Source: SAR86 cluster bacterium AG-422-O05 (GTDB lineage Bacteria; Pseudomonadota; Gammaproteobacteria; Magnimaribacterales; D2472). Taken from it: DNA of 64,000 bases. The DNA is taken from assembly GCA_003213495.1 (NCBI GenBank), contig QCMW01000002.1:4303-68302 (forward strand), in the 5' to 3' direction. Under the pieces are notes generated by a model, which searched no databases, was not told the DNA's origin, and was given only the letters and a program-made list of their open reading frames with translations. Positions 1 through 8,587 of the stretch are shown here, in pieces (the stretch's first letter is position 1; each line of letters starts with the position of its first letter). A program made the translations under genes and the position numbers.

Positions 1-1
1 C

Positions 2-298
2 GATAATACAACATACGCAACAATGAAATATTTTAAGAATGAATTTAATTATATTATAGATCCACATACTGCTGTTGCGGCTGAAGCAGTTTTAAAGCTA
101 AATCATACATTGAGCGATAAGACATTAATTTTGTCTACAGCTCATCCTGCAAAATTTCCAGATGCTCTCAAGAAAAGCAATATTTTGATGGAGGATATGC
201 CTAAAAGATTAACAGATGTTATTAATAAGAAAGAAATTGCTAAGAAAATAAGCACCTCAGATAATTCAATTTATGAATACATAAGAAGCAATAACTAG
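2..298 (+). CDS. thrC: threonine synthase, C-terminal fragment (5' end lies upstream of the window)
   Basis: The frame is open from nt 2. The tail ...IIDPHTAVAAEAV...LSTAHPAKFPDAL... resembles the conserved ThrC C-terminus (HTAVA...GTAHPAKF). Confidence 0.8.
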   Translation, partial: DNTTYATMKYFKNEFNYIIDPHTAVAAEAVLKLNHTLSDKTLILSTAHPAKFPDALKKSNILMEDMPKRLTDVINKKEIAKKISTSDNSIYEYIRSNN

Positions 299-301
299 TT
301 T

Positions 302-1399
302 ATGGATATTCAAGAACTAAAGTTAACACTTTCAGATCTGACTGAAAGACTCAATGACATAAAGATTAATGTATATAAAATTGATTCAAAAAAAATCAGG
401 CTTCAAGAAATAGAGTCTCAACTATCTCAAGAAAAAGTTTGGTCTAATTTAGAATTATCACAAAAGCTTAGCAAAGAGAAAACCGCTTTAGAGAAAACAA
501 TCTCATCATATGATAATGTCTCAGCTAGATTATCTGACTGCCAAGTATTATTAGATGTTTCTGTTGAAGAAAATGACGATTCCTCATTTCAAGAAATTTT
601 TGATGAGACGCTTAAACTAAATGATTTAGTTGAAGATTTAGAATTTAGTAGACTTTTTACAAACAAAATGGACTCGTCTTCAGCATATGTAGAAATTCAA
701 GCAGGGTCTGGAGGTACTGAGGCACAAGATTGGGCTGAAATGCTTCTAAGAATGTACACAAAGTGGGCAGAAGGCAGAAACTTTTCGGCAAATCTTGTTG
801 AAATTTCTCATGGAGATGTGGCAGGAATTAAATCAGCTTCACTTCATGTTGATGGTGATTATGCTTACGGTTGGTTAAGGACTGAAACTGGAATTCACAG
901 ATTGGTAAGAAAATCTCCATTTGATTCTGGCAATAGAAGACATACATCATTTGCTTCTGTATTTATATCTCCAGAAATTGATGATTCAATTGAGATAAAC
1001 ATAAACAAAGCAGAAATTAGAACAGATACTTATAGAGCTTCAGGTGCAGGAGGACAACATGTAAATAAAACTGATTCAGCAGTGAGATTAACGCATATTC
1101 CTACTGGTGTTGTAGCACAATCTCAGAGCGATCGTTCTCAACATAAAAATAAAGAAAATGCATTAAAACAATTAAAATCTAAGCTTTACGAGTTAGAATT
1201 ACAAAAACAAAATGAAGAACAGCAAATTCTTGAAGATAGTAAGTCTGATATAGGATGGGGAAGTCAAATCAGATCATATGTATTGGATCAATCAAGGATA
1301 AAGGATTTAAGAACCAATCATGAAACTGGTAATACTTCAGCTGTTTTGGATGGAGACTTAGATGATTTTATGAAATCATCATTGAAGGCAGGCGTTTAG
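302..1399 (+). CDS. prfB: peptide chain release factor 2, encoded in one continuous frame
   Basis: 365 aa. SPF motif (KSPFDSGNRRHTSF) and GGQ motif (YRASGAGGQHVNKTDSAVR) are present. It abuts lysS, matching the classic prfB-lysS pair. Confidence 0.95.
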   Translation: MDIQELKLTLSDLTERLNDIKINVYKIDSKKIRLQEIESQLSQEKVWSNLELSQKLSKEKTALEKTISSYDNVSARLSDCQVLLDVSVEENDDSSFQEIFDETLKLNDLVEDLEFSRLFTNKMDSSSAYVEIQAGSGGTEAQDWAEMLLRMYTKWAEGRNFSANLVEISHGDVAGIKSASLHVDGDYAYGWLRTETGIHRLVRKSPFDSGNRRHTSFASVFISPEIDDSIEININKAEIRTDTYRASGAGGQHVNKTDSAVRLTHIPTGVVAQSQSDRSQHKNKENALKQLKSKLYELELQKQNEEQQILEDSKSDIGWGSQIRSYVLDQSRIKDLRTNHETGNTSAVLDGDLDDFMKSSLKAGV

Positions 1400-2890
1400 A
1401 TGGAAAAAGATAATATTGGTGGCGAAAAAGCCATTATCGAAGAAAGAAGAAAGAAGCTAGAACAACTTAGAGATAAGGGTGATGCTTATGGAAACTCATT
1501 CAAACCTCAAAATAATGCAAAGAGTCTTCATGAAGAATATGGAGCATTTTCTAAGGAAGAGCTTGCTGATAAAAATATTAAAAATATCTCCATAGCCGGT
1601 CGAATTGTTTTAAAAAGAGTTATGGGAAATGCTAGCTTTGCAACTTTAAGAGATGCATCTGGAGATATTCAAATCTATGTAACAAAAAATAATGTAGATG
1701 AGAGTGTTTACGAAGATTTTAAAACATGGGATCTAGGAGACATAGTGGGCGTATCAGGCTCTTTATTTAGAACAAAAACAGATGAATTGACTATTGATGT
1801 GTGGGATCTTGAAATGATTACAAAATCTTTAAGGCCTATGCCAGAGAAATTTAAAGGCTTAATAGATATTGAAGCAAGATATAGGCAAAGATATCTTGAT
1901 TTGATGACAAATAATTCAACTAAAGAAATTTTTATTAAACGGACAAAAATTATTGACTCAATGCGAAGAAAAATGAATGAAGTAGGGTATCTCGAAGTAG
2001 AAACTCCTATGATGCATCCTCTTGCAGGCGGTGCAGTGGCAAGACCATTTGTAACGCAGCACAACGCACTTGGACAAGACCTTTTTTTAAGAATAGCACC
2101 TGAACTTTATTTAAAAAGATTGCTTGTTGGCGGTTTTGAAAAAGTTTTCGAGATTAATAGAAGCTTTAGGAATGAAGGGTTATCTACTAAGCATAATCCT
2201 GAATTTACTATGATGGAATGGTATGAGGCATATGCTTCAATGCAAGATCAAATGGATCTTACAAAAGATATTATTTTAAATGCTGCTTTAGCTGCAGGCT
2301 GTAAAGAATCAATAGAATGGGATGAAAACAAAATTAATCTTGGCAACTTTAAACAATCAACACTTTCAGATCTTGTAGTTGAATATAATCTTGAATTAAA
2401 AAATAAAGACTTATCTGATAAAAAAATTCTTGAGCAGTATTTAAAGAGCATAAGTGTAAAAATTGAAAAAGCATGGGGTCCTGGCAGATTACTTTTGGAA
2501 ATTTTTGAAGAAACAGTCGAATCCAAATTAATAGATCCAACTTTTGTAACCGAATACCCCGTTGAGGTTTCACCTCTATCTAGAAGAAATGAACATAAAC
2601 CAGATTTTGCAGATAGGTTTGAACTATTTATAGGTGGAAAAGAGTTTGCAAATGGTTTTTGTGAGTTAAATGACCCTGATGATCAAGCATCAAGATTTGA
2701 AGATCAGGTTGCAGCAAAAGACTCAGGTGATAAAGAGGCAATGGATTATGATCATGACTATATTACTGCATTAGAGCATGGTATGCCTCCTGCAGTAGGT
2801 GTTGGAATGGGAGTGGATAGATTAGTAATGTTATTGACTAATCAGTCCTCAATAAGGGATGTTTTGTTATTTCCTCAACTTAAGTCTTAG
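1400..2890 (+). CDS. lysS: lysine--tRNA ligase (class II)
   Basis: 496 aa. Class II motifs are present (FRNEGLSTKHNPEFTMMEWY; ELNDP; GMGVDRLVMLL). The ATG directly follows the prfB stop. Confidence 0.95.
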   Translation: MEKDNIGGEKAIIEERRKKLEQLRDKGDAYGNSFKPQNNAKSLHEEYGAFSKEELADKNIKNISIAGRIVLKRVMGNASFATLRDASGDIQIYVTKNNVDESVYEDFKTWDLGDIVGVSGSLFRTKTDELTIDVWDLEMITKSLRPMPEKFKGLIDIEARYRQRYLDLMTNNSTKEIFIKRTKIIDSMRRKMNEVGYLEVETPMMHPLAGGAVARPFVTQHNALGQDLFLRIAPELYLKRLLVGGFEKVFEINRSFRNEGLSTKHNPEFTMMEWYEAYASMQDQMDLTKDIILNAALAAGCKESIEWDENKINLGNFKQSTLSDLVVEYNLELKNKDLSDKKILEQYLKSISVKIEKAWGPGRLLLEIFEETVESKLIDPTFVTEYPVEVSPLSRRNEHKPDFADRFELFIGGKEFANGFCELNDPDDQASRFEDQVAAKDSGDKEAMDYDHDYITALEHGMPPAVGVGMGVDRLVMLLTNQSSIRDVLLFPQLKS

Positions 2891-2915
2891 ACTTGTATAG
2901 GCATTATTAAACTTT

Positions 2916-3587
2916 ATGTTAGATTTAACGCTCGCTTTAACAGTTGGAGTTCCTCTAGCAATACTCATATATATTGTTAGATCAGATCGATTCCCAGAAC
3001 CATCAGGTTTAGTTTTAAAAACCTTTTTTATAGGCGTAGCAATAATAATTCCTGCTGGATTCTTAAATAGTTTCATTGTAATTATGGAAAATTCTTCAGG
3101 ATATGATTTATCTTTTTTAGCAGGATTTACCGAGGAACCGCTTAAATTTCTTGCCTTTATGCTTTTTGTATTTTCAAAAACAGATTTTGATGAACCAATG
3201 GATGCTATTGTTTATGGAACAGTCATTTCCTTAGGTTTTGCTACTTATGAAAACATTGAGTATGTGTATCTAATGTATGGTGATCAGTCATTTCAAATTG
3301 CTATATTAAGAGCAATTAGTGCAATTCCACTTCACGCATCTTGTGGAGTTATTATGGGCTACTATATAGGTTTATATGCTTTTAAAGGAAAAAAAATAGA
3401 ACTACTTAAAGCTTTAGTAATTCCGGTTTTTATTCATGCTCTGTATAACTTCTTAGCTGGATATGGTGGCGAATTAATATTTTTTGGATATCTTATTTGT
3501 GTTATTTATTTTGCTAACAAACTTCATAAAGAATTTGTATATGAGCAACAACTTAAAATTTCTGAAACAGAAACAAAACTAAGATAA
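2916..3587 (+). CDS. PrsW-family intramembrane metalloprotease (putative)
   Basis: 223-aa polytopic membrane ORF with FTEEPLKF and HALYNF motifs in hydrophobic segments, as in PrsW-type proteases. Confidence 0.6.
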   Translation: MLDLTLALTVGVPLAILIYIVRSDRFPEPSGLVLKTFFIGVAIIIPAGFLNSFIVIMENSSGYDLSFLAGFTEEPLKFLAFMLFVFSKTDFDEPMDAIVYGTVISLGFATYENIEYVYLMYGDQSFQIAILRAISAIPLHASCGVIMGYYIGLYAFKGKKIELLKALVIPVFIHALYNFLAGYGGELIFFGYLICVIYFANKLHKEFVYEQQLKISETETKLR

Positions 3588-3594
3588 TTACAAT

Positions 3595-4056
3595 TTACCA
3601 CCGAAATTTATCAAAATTCTCTGGATTCGCCCAGCCTTTTGGGTTATTCCATGTTCGCTTGTTGTTATAGTTTTTTAGGTTATAAGAAAAGCACTTTAAC
3701 TTATTAGTTGTATCTCTTAATTCAGTTTGAAGACCTAGTTTGAGCATCTTTCTATCTATTTCCTTGTCATTATTAAAGTCAGTAAAGACGACTATTTTTT
3801 GACTTAGTAAATTTTTAATTTTTCCAATATCAGTTTCAGAGAGATTTATATCGTCCAGCACAATATATAAATCATACATATCATTAATGTTTTCATTAAA
3901 TTTTGGAGATATAAATATTGAATGGATATCTGTTTTCTCTAATCTATGTAAAAGTTTTGAAATATCATTTTTTGTTAGTAAAACTATATTTTCAGAATTT
4001 TCATCATCAACTATATTTGATATAAAGCTGTAAACTATTTTTTCTTTCTTTGTCAT
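3595..4056 (-). CDS. hypothetical protein, translationally coupled to mdh
   Basis: 153-aa ORF whose ATG overlaps the mdh stop (ATGA at 4053-4056). It has a Trp-rich C-terminal motif, RTWNNPKGWANPENFDKFRW. I recognise no family. Confidence 0.55.
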   Translation of the reverse strand: MTKKEKIVYSFISNIVDDENSENIVLLTKNDISKLLHRLEKTDIHSIFISPKFNENINDMYDLYIVLDDINLSETDIGKIKNLLSQKIVVFTDFNNDKEIDRKMLKLGLQTELRDTTNKLKCFSYNLKNYNNKRTWNNPKGWANPENFDKFRW

Positions 4057-5051
4057 TTCATCAGATGTTTCACAGCATCTCTTTCAGAAAGAAGTTCATC
4101 AATTGATATCTGAAACTTTGACTTTCCAAAATCTGATAATGCAATATCTCTTTTTATATCAATAGTTCCATCACTTAGTGTTACTAGAGGAAAGCCACAT
4201 ATAATACCCTGAGGCACGTCATATGAGCCATCACTAGCAATTGCTGCACTAAATGAATTTCCGTCTTCTGTGGGGCTCTCACAAGCCATCACAGTGTCAA
4301 TAGCTGCTTTTGCTGCAGATGTTGCTGAAGATGCCCCTCTGGCGTTAATTACTGCTTTTCCTCTTTGCTGAACTGAAGGAATAAAGTCTTTTTCTACCCA
4401 ACTCATATCATTAATTACTGTACTGCCCAATTGATTATTAATAATCACGTTTTCAGAGTCAGGGTACATTGTTGGACTATGATTTCCCCAGATAATCATG
4501 TTTTTAATCTCAGAAATATTCACTCCAGTCTTCTTAGAAATAACTGATTTAGCTCTATTTGAATCAAGCATTGTCATTGCCATCCATAGCTGACTTTCAT
4601 TATCTGCCGCATTTTTTCCAATAAAAGCGTTAGTGTTTGCGGGATTGCCAACGACAAGAATTTTTGCCTTATCTTTTCCAAAACTTCCTATTGCTTTTCC
4701 CTGATCAACAAAAATACCACCGTTAATACTTAGAAGATCTGATCTCTCCTCAATTTTTTTACCGTTATAGACTATTCCTCTTGGAATACTGCCAACAAGA
4801 AGAAACCAATCAGCATCCTTTGCAGCTTCAGAAAAATTATCAGTATAGGTAACTTTACCCATGGCAGGAAAATACGAGTCCTCCAACTCCATTATTAGAC
4901 CTTTAAGTTTATCTACAACTTGAGGTATTTCAACAAGCGCTAAATCAACTTTTTTATCACCAAAAGTTCTACCATTAACTAATCTTGGAATAAGTGAATA
5001 TGCAATTTGACCTGCTGCTCCAGTAACAACTACTTTAATTGATGAGCTCAT
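4053..5051 (-). CDS. mdh: malate dehydrogenase (long, LDH-like family 2 type)
   Basis: 332 aa. The N-terminal Rossmann motif is KVVVTGAAGQIAYSL. GNPANTN and IWGNHS motifs are present. Confidence 0.93.
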   Translation of the reverse strand: MSSSIKVVVTGAAGQIAYSLIPRLVNGRTFGDKKVDLALVEIPQVVDKLKGLIMELEDSYFPAMGKVTYTDNFSEAAKDADWFLLVGSIPRGIVYNGKKIEERSDLLSINGGIFVDQGKAIGSFGKDKAKILVVGNPANTNAFIGKNAADNESQLWMAMTMLDSNRAKSVISKKTGVNISEIKNMIIWGNHSPTMYPDSENVIINNQLGSTVINDMSWVEKDFIPSVQQRGKAVINARGASSATSAAKAAIDTVMACESPTEDGNSFSAAIASDGSYDVPQGIICGFPLVTLSDGTIDIKRDIALSDFGKSKFQISIDELLSERDAVKHLMK

Positions 5052-5195
5052 TTTAAACCTCTATTTTATCAGGAAAATATATTCTAATTATATTCCTAAA
5101 ATTAAATCTAATCCTTATTTTTATCTCATAGTAAATGAGTTTCTTTTTGATTAAAATACATGTAGTTTTTAAATAAACTCTATTGGAGATATTTT

Positions 5196-6095
5196 ATGAC
5201 AATAAGATTTGATGACAAGGTTGCAATTATTACCGGAGCAGGTGGTGGAATTGGAAAACAGCATGCACTTGAGTTGGCAAAACGAGGAGCAAAAGTTGTA
5301 GTTAACGACTTAGGTGGTTCCGTTGATGGCAGTGGAGCAAGTGATGCAGCCGAAGAAGTGGTCGATCTGATTAAATCTGATGGAGGTGAAGCCATATCTA
5401 ATGGAGCAAGCGTTACAGATATAAATGCTGTTAAAAATATGGTTCAACAAACCATGGACAAATGGGGAAGAATTGATATTTTAGTTAATAATGCCGGAAT
5501 TCTTAGAGATAAAAGTTTTCATAAAGTAACCCTTGAAGATTTTGAGCTAGTAATGGACGTTCATTTCCAAGGAACTTTAAACTGTACACATTCTGTTTTT
5601 CCAATAATGAGGGAGCAAGAATATGGAAGAGTTATATTTACCAGTTCATCAAGTGGAGTATTTGGAAATTTTGGTCAAACAAATTATGGTTCTGCAAAAA
5701 TGGCAATGATCGGACTCATGAATACTCTTAAACTGGAAGGTCAAAATAAGAATATCTACACAAATTCAATTACACCAGTTGCATACACCAGGATGACTGA
5801 AGGCTTGATACCAGAGGACTTTGGTCAAAACCTTCAACCTGAATTTATTACGCCTGCCGTTATTTATTTAGCTAGTGAAGATGCTCCAAATGGTGCAATT
5901 ATGGCTGCTGGCGCTGGCGTCTTTTCAAGAATATTTATTCATGAAACTATGGGAGTTTCTCTTGGTATGGGAGAAGATATGACTCCAGAAAACATTCAAG
6001 CTAGTTGGGATAAAATTTCAGACATGAAAGATGCAAGAGCCTTACAAAATGGTGGAGAACAAACTTTAAAATTTTTTGAGCTCATAAATAAATAA
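5196..6095 (+). CDS. short-chain dehydrogenase/reductase, MFE-2-type 3-hydroxyacyl-CoA dehydrogenase-like
   Basis: ITGAGGGIG Rossmann motif, NNAG, and catalytic Y-x3-K (NYGSAK). An SD sequence (GGAGA) lies upstream. Confidence 0.85.
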   Translation: MTIRFDDKVAIITGAGGGIGKQHALELAKRGAKVVVNDLGGSVDGSGASDAAEEVVDLIKSDGGEAISNGASVTDINAVKNMVQQTMDKWGRIDILVNNAGILRDKSFHKVTLEDFELVMDVHFQGTLNCTHSVFPIMREQEYGRVIFTSSSSGVFGNFGQTNYGSAKMAMIGLMNTLKLEGQNKNIYTNSITPVAYTRMTEGLIPEDFGQNLQPEFITPAVIYLASEDAPNGAIMAAGAGVFSRIFIHETMGVSLGMGEDMTPENIQASWDKISDMKDARALQNGGEQTLKFFELINK

Positions 6096-6102
6096 TTTTT
6101 AA

Positions 6103-6669
6103 ATGAGTACTTCAATAGAAGAAAATGCAAGAGGATATGTTTGTTTAGATTGCGATAACTCTGAACTTTTTAAAGGATGGTCGTATTTATTCAGGCTTTA
6201 TAAGCCGATTTCAGAAAATTTTGATTTTAATAACGAAATTGTGTGCCCAGAAACCATATCATGCCATGAATGCAGTTCAAAAAATATAGGCATTGAGATT
6301 AGCCCGAATAAAATAATTACTAAACATATGATTTCAGAGAGGTCTGGTGCCTGGTTGGTTGGGGAAAAATGGCTATTAGATGTTGATGAGACCACAGTCT
6401 TTACTACTGATTTTATTAAATCATTATCATGCAAAGAACTTATAAAAATTATTTTTGAGTCAGAGGGTGAGAATAACTATGAAAAATTGCACAATCAACT
6501 AATTGAACATGGATTTAATGAATGGAATATGGATCCAGAATTTTTCTCTAAATCTAGATTCTCATTGGCATTAGTTTATATTTATTCTGGTGGAATCATT
6601 AGACAAGATGAGTATGGGCTGTTGGATGAAGATTCATCATACGGTTTTGCTAAATATATTGGTTTTTAA
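6103..6669 (+). CDS. hypothetical protein with N-terminal 4-Cys zinc-ribbon-like motif
   Basis: 188 aa. CLDC...(36 aa)...CHEC pairs lie near the N-terminus. The rest is unrecognised. Confidence 0.5.
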   Translation: MSTSIEENARGYVCLDCDNSELFKGWSYLFRLYKPISENFDFNNEIVCPETISCHECSSKNIGIEISPNKIITKHMISERSGAWLVGEKWLLDVDETTVFTTDFIKSLSCKELIKIIFESEGENNYEKLHNQLIEHGFNEWNMDPEFFSKSRFSLALVYIYSGGIIRQDEYGLLDEDSSYGFAKYIGF

Positions 6670-6675
6670 CAGTAC

Positions 6676-7287
6676 TTAGTTTGAAAAACTTGGTCTCTCA
6701 GCAATATTGTTTACGTAAGTGCTGAGATTCTTATAGTTGTTGAGATCAATTTTGTTTAGTCTTACTAAAAATTGCAAAGATGAAACAGTTTGAATATCTG
6801 CATATGAAAACCTATCACATGCAATAAAATCCTTTTGTTTTATGACTTCCTCATAATATCCAAGTGATTTTACTGCTAACTCTCTTTGAGCTAATCCAAA
6901 TTCATTATTTTGGTTTTCTAATGCGCTCATGTGAGGATGGGTGTGTCTAAATCCATGCATTAGTGGGAGCATTAACTCAAAGGATACTCGTGAATACCAC
7001 ATCTCTATCTGTGCAATTTCCATTGGATCTTTGCCAAACATGTTAGGCTCTGGATACAAGCACTCAAGATACCTGCAAATGGCTGTAGTTTCTAAAATTA
7101 CTTGGCTATCATCTAATACAAGTGCAGGTATTCTGGAATTAGGTGCTATTTTTTTGTATTCAGGAGTCTTGTGCTCCATTTTCCCAATATCAAGGTCCTC
7201 AACTTCAATGTTTTCTATGCCTTTTTCAGCAATGAAGATAAGAACCTTTTTTGGGCTAGGAGCAACTGGATTGGAATATATTTTCAA
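6676..7287 (-). CDS. glutathione S-transferase family protein
   Basis: 203 aa. The N-terminal thioredoxin-like GST domain has ...NSRIPALVLDD..VILETTAICRYL.., followed by a C-terminal helical domain. Confidence 0.85.
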   Translation of the reverse strand: MKIYSNPVAPSPKKVLIFIAEKGIENIEVEDLDIGKMEHKTPEYKKIAPNSRIPALVLDDSQVILETTAICRYLECLYPEPNMFGKDPMEIAQIEMWYSRVSFELMLPLMHGFRHTHPHMSALENQNNEFGLAQRELAVKSLGYYEEVIKQKDFIACDRFSYADIQTVSSLQFLVRLNKIDLNNYKNLSTYVNNIAERPSFSN

Positions 7288-7290
7288 ATA

Positions 7291-8568
7291 TTATTCCCAG
7301 TTTAAAGCACCACCAACTTGATATTCAGTAACTCTTGTTTCAAAGAAATTTTTCTCTTTTCTAAGATCAATTATCTCTGACATCCAAGGAAATGGATTTG
7401 TAACCCCAGTAAATTCCTCGTCTAATCCAAGCTGAGTAAGTCTTCTGTTTGCAATGAACTTTAAATATTCTTCCATCATAGATGCATTCATTCCTAGAAC
7501 GCCTCTTGGCATAGTATCTCTTGCATATTGAATTTCTAACTCTGTGCCTTCTAAAATCATTTGAGCAGCATCAGACTTCATTTGTTCATCCCATAAATGA
7601 GGATTTTCAATTTTTATTTGATTAATAACATCTATTCCAAAATTAACATGCATAGACTCATCTCTAAGAATATATTGAAACTGTTCTGCTGTTCCTGTCA
7701 TCTTATTTCTTCTTCCCATTGATAAGATTTGAGTAAAACCACAGTAAAAGAAAATTCCTTCTAATACACAATAAAAAGCAATTAAATTTCTAAGTAACTG
7801 TTTATCAGTTTCTTCTGTTCCTGTTTTGAAATCTGGGTCAGAGATTTCTTGAGTATATTTAAGACCCCAAGAAGCCTTTCTTGCTACGCATGGTACTTCT
7901 CTGTACATGTTAAAGATTTCACCTTCATCCATACCTAGTGATTCAATACAGTATTGATATGCATGTGTATGAATAGCTTCTTCTAAGCTTTGTCTTAAAA
8001 TATATTGCCTGCATTCTGGATTTGTAATCAATCTGTACAAGGCTAGAACAAGGTTATTTGCAACAAGAGAGTCTGCTGTAGAAAAGAAACCTAAGTTTCT
8101 TTTTACAATTACTCTTTCATCTTCAGTCAAACCATCTTCTGATTTCCATAGCACAATATCATTTGTCATATTTATTTCTTGAGGCATCCAATGATTAGCA
8201 CTGCCATCAAGATATTTTTGCCATGCCCAATCATATTTAAATGGAACAAGTTGATTTAAATCCGCTTTACAGTTAATCATCATTTTTTGATCAACTTGTA
8301 CTCGACCAGCATTTGCCATCATTTCATCAAGCTCCTCGTGGCCAGCTGTTTCATCTAGATTATTAACAGCAATTCTTGCTGCTTCTGCTCTAGAACCTTC
8401 GCCAATATTCGATGTAGATGACTCAGTAGAAACTGCATTTTCAGCTGGCTGAGGAGGTTGAGATTGTTTTGCAGCAACTTCTTGAGTTTCTGCTGCTTGT
8501 GTTTTGATTTCTGGAGCTGCTGGAGGAGTTGTGTTTTCTTCCTTTCCGTATTCGTCCCAATTTAACAT
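7291..8568 (-). CDS. nrdB: class Ia ribonucleotide reductase beta subunit with low-complexity N-terminal extension
   Basis: 425 aa. Di-iron ligand helices are present ([22 protein letters not shown]). An N-terminal tract of about 80 aa is rich in Pro/Ala/Gln/Glu. Confidence 0.93.
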   Translation of the reverse strand: MLNWDEYGKEENTTPPAAPEIKTQAAETQEVAAKQSQPPQPAENAVSTESSTSNIGEGSRAEAARIAVNNLDETAGHEELDEMMANAGRVQVDQKMMINCKADLNQLVPFKYDWAWQKYLDGSANHWMPQEINMTNDIVLWKSEDGLTEDERVIVKRNLGFFSTADSLVANNLVLALYRLITNPECRQYILRQSLEEAIHTHAYQYCIESLGMDEGEIFNMYREVPCVARKASWGLKYTQEISDPDFKTGTEETDKQLLRNLIAFYCVLEGIFFYCGFTQILSMGRRNKMTGTAEQFQYILRDESMHVNFGIDVINQIKIENPHLWDEQMKSDAAQMILEGTELEIQYARDTMPRGVLGMNASMMEEYLKFIANRRLTQLGLDEEFTGVTNPFPWMSEIIDLRKEKNFFETRVTEYQVGGALNWE

Positions 8569-8587
8569 ATTATTTTCTCCTTAAAAA

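Noticed and set aside
1708-2573. Three minus-strand ORFs (118, 92 and 74 aa) inside lysS
   Set aside because: They are shadow ORFs antisense to a well-supported housekeeping gene. Such ORFs are typical of AT-rich DNA with few stop codons in one antisense frame.
5180-7321. Antisense ORFs 5180-5395(-), 6198-6434(-) and 6941-7321(+)
   Set aside because: Each lies wholly within or opposite a better-supported gene (the SDR, the Zn-ribbon protein and the GST).
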